From contig OX597819.1 of assembly GCA_951406725.2 (NCBI GenBank), positions 119,722,001 to 119,786,000 of the forward strand: a stretch of DNA of 64,000 nucleotides, written 5' to 3'. Positions 55,720 to 64,000 of this stretch are shown in pieces. Below the pieces are notes generated by a model. That model was not told where the DNA came from, ran no database searches, and saw only the letters and a list, made by a program, of their open reading frames with translations. Positions within the stretch are counted from its first letter, which is position 1; every line of letters begins with the position of its first letter. A program made the translations under genes and the position numbers. The stretch is from Octopus vulgaris (Eukaryota).

Positions 55720-55732
55720 GTCGGGGTCACCA
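55720..55732 (-). promoter_or_regulatory. Primer-binding site complementary to tRNA-Trp 3' end
   Basis: minus strand TGGTGACCCCGAC one base after the LTR-terminal CA; eukaryotic tRNA-Trp ends ...GUCGGGGUCACCA. Confidence 0.8.
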
Positions 55733-55733
55733 C

Positions 55734-55998
55734 TGTCCCTTTGCGGCGGCTGTCGGTTTATTCTACCTTAAGCTTTCTCTTAAGTTATATTATTTATTTA
55801 GGCTTTCCTCTGAGTAAGGGAAATATAACGATTTATCGTCACTTATACTAAAGTGTTATCATTGTATTTTTAACCCTAACTGCAGTTGTAACGTCATATG
55901 GACATATACGCATGGAACGCTAACTCAACGACCATGTATGTTGAATATTTTAATCGTGTCCTTTAAACCGCTATAAGAAACATAAAACAAAGATTACA
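55734..55998 (-). repeat. Putative 5' LTR of the Gypsy element
   Basis: TGT...ACA termini, minus-strand AATAAA near 55757-55762, adjacent PBS; distal boundary unconfirmed because no second LTR is present. Confidence 0.55.
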
Positions 55999-56098
55999 GA
56001 AATGCATATTTATCTATGCTCAGTTGAGAAACAAACGTGAAGAGAAACATTTCCTTTTTAATTATTTTATTTATATAAATATAACATTTTATATTTAT

Positions 56099-57000
56099 TT
56101 ACAAGAAGAAAGATATATGCTCCTGACAGATCATGGTTATGTGGTGGTACAGAAACTTCATTCCCCTGTTAACATTGAGATTGGCAATATGCTGAGACCA
56201 GTTTGTTTTGAGGATCTCACTTTTGATTTCTTCCCAGTTGGTCTTCCTAAAATTCAAGTTCAAGAGGGGTGAATCATATTTGATAATACTTGTGCGTGGT
56301 GTTATCTTTGAACCATATACTGATATTTGTATCATACTATGGTCAGAAATAGCTGTTCGAACGACCTAAACATTGTGAATAACGTCTGTATTAGTGGCAA
56401 AGACTAGGTCGAGTGTGTTATTTCCCCTAGTTGGATTGCTGATTATTTGATGCGTGAGAAAGGCTTTCGTGATGTCGAGAAGAGCATACATGTCTCTTCT
56501 GTTTTGCTTTGTAGTGCCAGATTGGATGTAGTCCTCAGGGCATTTGAAATTAGGAAAATTGTAGTCCTCTGTTAAAAGGATATTTGCCTGTGAACTAGCA
56601 GCAATTACGGTTTGACTTACGTTTGATAAAGCTTCCCTGAATTGATCGTCGTGATTAGCCGCATCAGGAGGGCGGTAAGCAATGTATATGATCGCATTGA
56701 GGTCGGTCAAATGCACTATTAGTGTATCGCACACTGTGTTGAAGTGGGTGAGAGGGACATCTGTTGTTAGGTGTTCCCGGATGTAGAGTGCTACTCCTCC
56801 TTGTCTGCGTATTGTGCCATCAGTTCTGTGTAGTACATAGCGGGACATATGCACTTCTGCATTCAATATACCTTATGTCAGGTGTATTTCATTTAACGCC
56901 ACACACATTGTCTTTTCGCTGCCTTCAAGGTCCCTGAGATATGAAACTTTTATTCGATTTGTGAAATGTTAGATACCCTGTATATTCAACATTAATACTG
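56099..57000 (-). pseudogene. CR1-group LINE ORF2 APE endonuclease, frameshifted and truncated
   Basis: LNIQG, RQGGVALYI, YRPP, DYNFP, PTRGNNTLDLVF motifs, then SDH and LNFRKTNW. Confidence 0.85.
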
Positions 57001-57714
57001 AGTTGTGTATGCGGGTTAGTGATAGCAAGGGGAATAATTTTTGCATTGAGGTAATAACAGTGGTTGGTGTTGTGTGATAGCAAAAACATTTTTGGGGACT
57101 TCTTCTGCCAGATTCATCATGGCTAAAAGAGGATTTTCGGGATTTGGGAGAGCTTGGTGCCTGGAGTTGTGGCTGCATTGTTGGATATGGTTACCGTTAT
57201 ATGGTTTGTTATTTTTTTTATTATTGTAGTCAGTGTACAACTAGGTGGCTTCTGGGTTCGGCACTACGACTTTAAGGGATGTTTTTACTCTGGATTTGGT
57301 GGTGGTTAGGAGTCAAGCTTGCAACAGTATGTCGAGTTCCTGGAAGATGAGTGAGGGAGCAATCACGCTTAAGTCATAGTCTTTCATGTGGGGAATAGCG
57401 GCAGATTTTAGGCTTTCGTGTAACATGTATGGAAGCTTTTAAAATTGATTTAGTACTTGGTGGTGGTGGTGGTGGTGGTGGTTGAAGAAGTGTTTTGGTG
57501 ATGACTGGTGTTGCTTGTAGGAATCGTGCGTCTCGTCCCTGATAAATGGACAGACTTGAAGTCACTATATATTCATAGTCTCTCGCGTAGAGAATAGCGG
57601 CAAAATTTGGGGTTTTGTGTGTGTATATGTTGGAGGGGGCAGTTGACAGTTCATAGATTTTACTTTATTTATAGTTGACAGAACTGTAGTGCAGCTGTGC
57701 GTTATACTGTCAGA

Positions 57715-57735
57715 TTGAAGTAGTAGTAGTAGTAA

Positions 57736-57773
<38 letters not shown>

Positions 57774-57830
57774 ATAGTAGTAGTAGCAGCAGCGGCAGCA
57801 GTGGTGGTGGTGGTGGTGATGGTGGCAATG
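57715..57830. repeat. (TAG)n/(CAG)/(TGG)n trinucleotide repeat, probably within the decayed ORF1 region of the LINE
   Basis: direct inspection; position upstream of the endonuclease. Confidence 0.8.
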
Positions 57831-58036
57831 GTAGAAGCAGTGGAGACAGATGACAATAATGATGGATGTCTTGTGTTGTTCTGAGAATTTAAAGAATTCG
57901 ATTAGCTCCCCTGTGGAGAGGGGCTAGGGACACTGGTGTTAAATAGGTCATCAACTGTGCTAGTGTTGAGGAGTGGGGGTTAGTTGCTGATCTTGGCGGT
58001 AGTGGCGGTAGTGGCGGTAGTTGCTGATCTTACTAA

Positions 58037-58268
58037 GGCGGCGAGCTGGCAGAAACGTTAGCACGCCAGGCGAAATGCTTTGCGGTATTTCGTCTGCGTT
58101 ACGTTGTGAGTTCAAATTCCGCCGAGGTCGACTTTGCCTTTCATCCTTTCAGGGTCGATAAATTAAGTACCAGTTACGCACTGGGGTCGATATAATCGAC
58201 TTAATACCTATGTCTGTCCTTGTTTGTCCCCTCTGTGTTTAGCCCCTTGTGGGTAATAAAGAAATAGG
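58037..58268 (+). mobile_element. SINE family A
   Basis: full-length; ggtagttgctgatc repeated on both sides. Confidence 0.85.
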
Positions 58269-58743
58269 TAGTTGCTGATCATTAAATGATAACAATGATG
58301 ATGATGGGTCAGATTTGATATTGAAGTTAAATGAGGAATGGGAGTAGTTGGACTATGAAGGACTGCTTATTGTACAGTTCAGTAGGTCACCAATTGTGCT
58401 ACTATTAAGGAATGACTGTGGCTGTTGGGCTTGTTGCTGCTGCTGCTGCTGGTGAGCTGTAGTTGGAGTGAACATATGCGGAACTTGACCAAAAAGTTAG
58501 TGGATTAATTGAAAAGAAATTTCAATATGTTTCATATGAAAAATGTCCATTTCCTTGGTTTTGTGTTTATGTTTTCGTTTCTCATTGTGTCCGATTTTTT
58601 TTGGTGTCCTGTACCCACATATACATGTATATATACATGTAGAGGTAGGTACGTACATATATGTATGCATATATGCATGTGTTTTATTTATTTATTAATT
58701 TATTATATGACGGAACGCACGCATCCATTTCTAAGTAAGATTG

Positions 58744-58827
<84 letters not shown>

Positions 58828-58829
<2 letters not shown>

Positions 58830-60050
58830 GGTGCGATGAATAGGTTGTCATTGAAATTACGCACAACAGAAAATAATACTGACATCTCATTTTAACTGAT
58901 ATATTTACCAAACTTGCACAAAATATCTTGAAATACTTAAGAGTTAATTTATTCAATAAAAGTGGCATTGGCGTCAACCTTGGCCTCCATACAACTTTGG
59001 AAACTTCTACAACTCTTGTGGACGGTCTCCTTTTATAAGTTGTTGAATGCTGCCATAACCCTTGCGTTCAGTTCATCATTGCTGCTACAAGAAGATTTGT
59101 TGTTCTCTCCCTCGACTGCTCTCCCCACATGATAATCAAAGGCGTTAAAATCTGTGGTGTTAGGTGGCCAGATGATAGGAGTGAGGTGGTCGCAGAAATT
59201 GTCTGAGTGGCATGACCGCATACTCCTATTTGTGAGGCATGGTGCAGAGTCCTGTTGCCAAACATAAGGTCTTCCTGTAATCACCCTCTTGACCTAAGCA
59301 GCGCTAACTCCTCCAAGCACTTGATATCGGCTTCCTTATTGAATATGAGATCATGTGTGCAGATGAACGGAGGTATAACGTCGCTATCACTAGTGATCAT
59401 TCAAATCACCATGATGTTGACTGCGTGTTTGATTTTTTAGCAATCTTGGTAGATGTTTTGGTTTGTGTGTTCAGCATCAGATGCTGGCAGAACTTTTTCT
59501 AGTCTGAGTAAAACAAAAGGGTCTTTTGTTGGAAGGATGCTTGAGTCTGTTGAAAAGCTTCGTAGCGCTGTCTTTCCTCTTGTTCTTGATTGCCTGGGAT
59601 AAAATATGACCTATCTCATCTTGTATGAGGAATAACGAATGTCTTCTGGCACTACCTGCCTGATAAGAAACTCAGACACTCCCATGTCCCTGGCGATGAA
59701 CCAGATTGACTGGAAGGCATCGCTGTCAATCATACCCAGGATCTCAGCAACAAATTCAAAGATTTCCGAACTGCTGTACCATCGTAATCCAACTCTTTCT
59801 GAATCTTGTAAACTGTCCTCAGATTGACACCTAGACACGCTGAAATGTACTGAATGGAGTTCCGGCGTGATTGCCAAGCAGTACAGCATGCCGACTCAGC
59901 ATTTCTGGCAGACTAAACTGCATCATCGTGTTGTTTTGCTCACAGACGGTGCCCAACTGACTTTGCCATACTGTGTAGTCGACACAATCAAAAACAAACA
60001 ATGCACATGCCTGAAATTAAAAGTATAAACTGGCGACAGTTTACTCATCT

Positions 60051-60056
<6 letters not shown>
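58828..60056 (-). mobile_element. Degenerate Tc1/mariner-superfamily DNA transposon
   Basis: GRPYVWQQDSAPC and WPPNTTDFNAFDY motifs; imperfect TIRs ggtgcgatgaataggttgtc / gacagtttactcatcttaccc; flanked by TA repeats. Confidence 0.75.
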
Positions 60057-60087
<31 letters not shown>

Positions 60088-60230
60088 GTATTGGTATCTA
60101 GAATACAGAAAGGGCTTCGGGTACGCTAAGGCAACGTACGAACAGACTGTGGTGAAACTCTTGGCTCAATAATGATACGAGTGAGGAGTCTAATATGGGT
60201 CTTGTATTAGCATGCATATAAATATATATA

Positions 60231-60605
60231 CTCTTTTACTTGTTTCAGTCATTTGACTGCGGCCATGCTGGAGCACCGCCTTTAGTCGAGCAAATCGACC
60301 CCGGGACTTATTCTTTGTAAGCCCAGTACCTATTCTATCTGTCTCTTTTGTCGAACCGCTAAGTTACAGGGACGTAAACACACCAGCATCGGTTGTCAAG
60401 CAATGCTAGGGGGACAAACATATACACATATATACATATATACGACAGGCTTCTTTCAGTTTCCGTCTACCAAATCCACTCACAAGACATTGGTCGGCCC
60501 GGGGCTATAGCAGAAGAGACTTGCCCAAGATGCCACGCAGTGGGACTGAACCCGGAACCATGTGGTTGGTTAGCAAGCTACTTACCACACAGCCACTCCT
60601 GAACC

Positions 60606-60606
<1 letters not shown>
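60231..60606 (-). mobile_element. SINE family B
   Basis: full-length match. Confidence 0.9.
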
Positions 60607-60638
<32 letters not shown>

Positions 60639-60639
60639 T

Positions 60640-61500
60640 CATATTAGACAGAATGAGATAACAAAACCAAGGCTTTCTGGAACACTGTGGCTATCCCTTC
60701 ATCAGAGACGGTGTGACAAAATAATTGAATTCCAATTATTGTGGAAAAAGAGGAGATAGGGAATATAGTAGGAAATAAGAGAATAAAAGTAGAAATACCA
60801 TGTATAAAATATTGTAGTCCCAGTTCTATTATTCGAGAAATATGGTATATAGAAGTGTTACAAAAGTTTCTTGTACATGGTATGAGAGTTCCAATAGCAG
60901 TTCATGTTCAGTCATTTCAAAGTAAGGAGCCGTGGAATCAGTGTTGCTCTTTCGAAAGGGTTTTGTGGTGTGAATGTAAATTTAAGAAAGTATTGGTAGT
61001 ATTTGTGGATAGATGGGGTGAGAAGAGATGTCTGTAATTAGAAAGGGGGGATAGGTCAATTTTAAGACAGGAAGAGAAAATAAGAAGAAAAAAACAGAGT
61101 ATAAAGGAAAAAGGGAAAAAAAGAGAGAGGGAAAATCAAAAAGGGAAAATAATGAAAAAAGTGAAGAAAGGATGAAAGAAGTGAGAAAAAGATTGTTAGT
61201 TGGTGGTCAAGAAAATAAAGATAATGTAATGGGACGATGGGAGAGGTGTGAGAGGGTAGGAAGCGATGATAAGGTAAGGAGTAAACGAATGTGAGATATG
61301 TGAGTAGGGTGACATGACAGAGTTGCATTAAGGGATGGGTACATAAAAGCTATGGGTGATGGGTGATACCGAAGTGAGTATTAGTTTTGGTAATAAAATT
61401 TGAAGTGGGGGAAGAAAGCAAGGATGTCAATTTACTATAAATAGACGTATGTGGTATGTTATATGATAGGTAGGAATTAAATAGGAGGAAAGAAGGTATT
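60640..61500 (-). mobile_element. Decayed Penelope-like remnant with a partial hammerhead at its 3' end
   Basis: shares aaaaccaaggct and ccttcatc.gagacggtgtga with 9825-9926; gucu-CUGAUGA-stem II-GAAA at 60674-60709 with stem III deleted; purine-rich plus strand. Confidence 0.5.
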
Positions 61501-61520
61501 ATGATATACGCACGCATGTA

Positions 61521-61573
<53 letters not shown>

Positions 61574-61604
61574 ATCAAGATAAAAACATGATGCCAAGGA
61601 TTCG

Positions 61605-61682
61605 GCGGTACATATGTTTCGGGCCTTTATTAGACAGATTTATAACAATGCATAATGTATGTCTGTGGCCTTCTTCAGCCGC
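61605..61682 (-). ncRNA. Type-I hammerhead ribozyme, extended stem II (third copy)
   Basis: same core and stems as 38838-38915; the two differences seen lie in the stem II insert. Confidence 0.75.
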
Positions 61683-63616
61683 GCACAACAACTTCCACAA
61701 GGACATGTGTTACATCAAAAATTCTTGGTTGGGGATGCAAATCCTCTCATTCGCGTACGACATAATGCGGCAACAGCATAGAATTGAAGCGTCCATCTCT
61801 TTCTTCTCTCATTGTAGAATGAGGAAATTTGGATGTTGAAGTAATGTAGATAAATTAAAAATAAATACATATATAGACGTGAAGGAACCTGGTAATAAGA
61901 GTAAATAGGGGTAAAGATGGAGGATCGAGAATTCAGGACGAAGGATAAAAAATATATAAAAAGTGTAAGTATAGAAAAATATAAAAATGTAGAGTATAAG
62001 GATATAAAGAGATATAAGGAGATATAAAGGGGATATAAAGAATATAAAAAAATATAAATGGATATAAAGGTATAAAGTTATAAAGTAAAAATAGAAATAG
62101 AAATAAAAGTAAAAAAAATAAAAAAATAAAAAATAAAAATAGGAATAAAAATGATAAAAAATGTAAAAAGATATAAGGATGAGGGATGTATAGTGGTTAC
62201 GGACCAAACATGGTGGTCAGGAAAAATTTAGTTGTAGAAGTTTTGGGTGTCAATAAATCAACAGGGGCGTCTGGGGACCTAGTGTATTGTAAATCAGAGC
62301 TGTTGGGCAGCTATTCTAGTTCCTTGAATTAAGTGGTCATCTTGTACATACATACCAGCATGGATACATACACCCATATACACGCGCACATATACGCGCG
62401 CATACACAGCTCCAAGCATATAAGCATACATACACACTCACGTGTAAACATGTACAGAAACACATATAAACCCACACACATGCGCATATATACATACATA
62501 CAACAGAATATGCGTATATATACACGGACATTACACGTGTACATATATATATATATACATATATACCCACACACGCACATACACATATACATATACACAT
62601 ACACATATGCATACATATATGCACATGTATACCTATACATACATACGCGTATACACACACCCATATATACATACGTACGTCCATCCTTACATACACATAC
62701 ACAGATGCCCACACATACAGGTTTAGATATAAGATATTAAAAGATGTATATAAGAACGCATGTAAAGAGTCACGCACTCACGTCTACCCGTGCACGCACA
62801 CACGGCTGTGTGTCCATATGTGCGTGTACATATACACTTACATACACACACAGAGACATACGCGCGTATAGGTATAGCTATAAGATATTAGAAATCTGCG
62901 AAAAACATGTAAGAAATTTTTAAAAATTATTAAAAGAAATTATTAAAGAAGTGTAACGGGGTATGCACATCCATACGTAGATGTTTACTCGTACATATGT
63001 ACACATATGTATACGTATACATACGTACACGGACGCACGTATAATCATAAAGCGGATCCATAGATAAGTAAATAAGGGATAAGCAAAAAAAAATAGACAT
63101 ATATAGAGATATAAAGCGATAAGTTAGGGTTAAGAATGAGGGTAAGAATAAAAATTAGAAATAAAAGTAAGAAATACAATATAAAAGTTATAAATAAAAT
63201 ATAAAAATTATAAGAACTATAAGAATTAAAATAAGGAATGAAAATAAAAATAAGAATAAAGGTAGAGCGAAATAGAATAGGATAAAGTAAAATAAAAATA
63301 TAATCGGGTAAAGCTTAACATGAGATGAAGGAAAAAATAAAAGGTGGTTCAAAGTGTAAAGTTAAAGGTGTGTGCTAAAGGTGACCACGTAGGGGCGGGC
63401 GGGGGGAACTGAAAATTGGAAGGGTGGAAAGTGGAGTTTGGCGGTGTGCGCTCAACATCCGAGTTAGAAATGTGAAAAGGTATAGATATAGGGAAATAAA
63501 GAGTTTAGATAGGAAGAATGTAGGTGTAGGAGAAGAAATATGTAGGGAAAAAAACATATATAGGAGACAAAATGTGTATATATAGGAGGAAAATGCAGGG
63601 AAATATATATGCACAT

Positions 63617-63651
<35 letters not shown>

Positions 63652-63671
63652 CATATACATACACATATATG

Positions 63672-63735
<64 letters not shown>

Positions 63736-63824
63736 TACACGCACATATAGGAAAGCGGGATTCGCTGGAGCCGACAGGTTGCGCCGGGTGGGAGGAAATT
63801 GCATGGTGGAGTTGGTATAATAGC

Positions 63825-63998
63825 CTAAGCTTTGTAGTATTTGAAAGTATTAATAAGTTTGTGTATACAGGATGGTTTGAACTCTGACCTTTTGTTAATA
63901 AGATTGTGTTTGTCTTTGAATTTCAAGATATTCAGGAGTTCTACACAACATAGTTGGCATCCTGCTCTATTATTTAAATGAGGTGCAGCTGATCCGAT
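63825..63998 (-). CDS. C-terminus of a Penelope-like element ORF (GIY-YIG endonuclease end), partial
   Basis: [57 protein letters not shown]; fits the CxLCxxE...LNKRSE...CxH C-terminal signature of PLE endonucleases; absent from the ORF track because it is short and 5'-incomplete. Confidence 0.75.
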   Translation of the reverse strand: MGSAAPHLNNRAGCQLCCVELLNILKFKDKHNLINKRSEFKPSCIHKLINTFKYYKA

Positions 63999-64000
63999 GA

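Larger units (their letters stand above)
61571..64000 (-). mobile_element. Penelope-like element, 3' portion (runs off the window)
   Basis: ORF C-terminus at 63825-63998, then ~2.2 kb low-complexity 3' region ending in a hammerhead and abutting (TA)n. Confidence 0.75.

Overview
This is AT-rich, repeat-dense eukaryotic DNA, and I could not identify any host protein-coding exon in it. Most ORFs in the supplied track are translations of microsatellites or SINEs. The SINE families and long (TA)n/(CA)n tracts suggest an octopus/cephalopod genome (inference). Contents: (1) many copies of at least four tRNA-headed SINE families, some nested, chimeric or multimeric; (2) a degenerate Ty3/Gypsy LTR element on the minus strand (putative LTR, tRNA-Trp PBS, gag, protease, RT, RNase H; no integrase); (3) CR1-like and RTE-like LINE fragments; (4) Tc1/mariner relics and MITEs (GGATC-ended with 8-9 bp TSD, TTAA/piggyBac-like, TA/pogo-like); (5) a 77-bp minisatellite. 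The most notable feature is a set of Penelope-like/foldback elements. They carry minimal type-I hammerhead ribozyme motifs with palindromic stem III in at least three unrelated sequence contexts. One family has an unusually extended stem II, and in one locus two copies sit on opposite strands in the arms of an inverted repeat. All calls were made by eye and boundaries are approximate unless TSDs are given.
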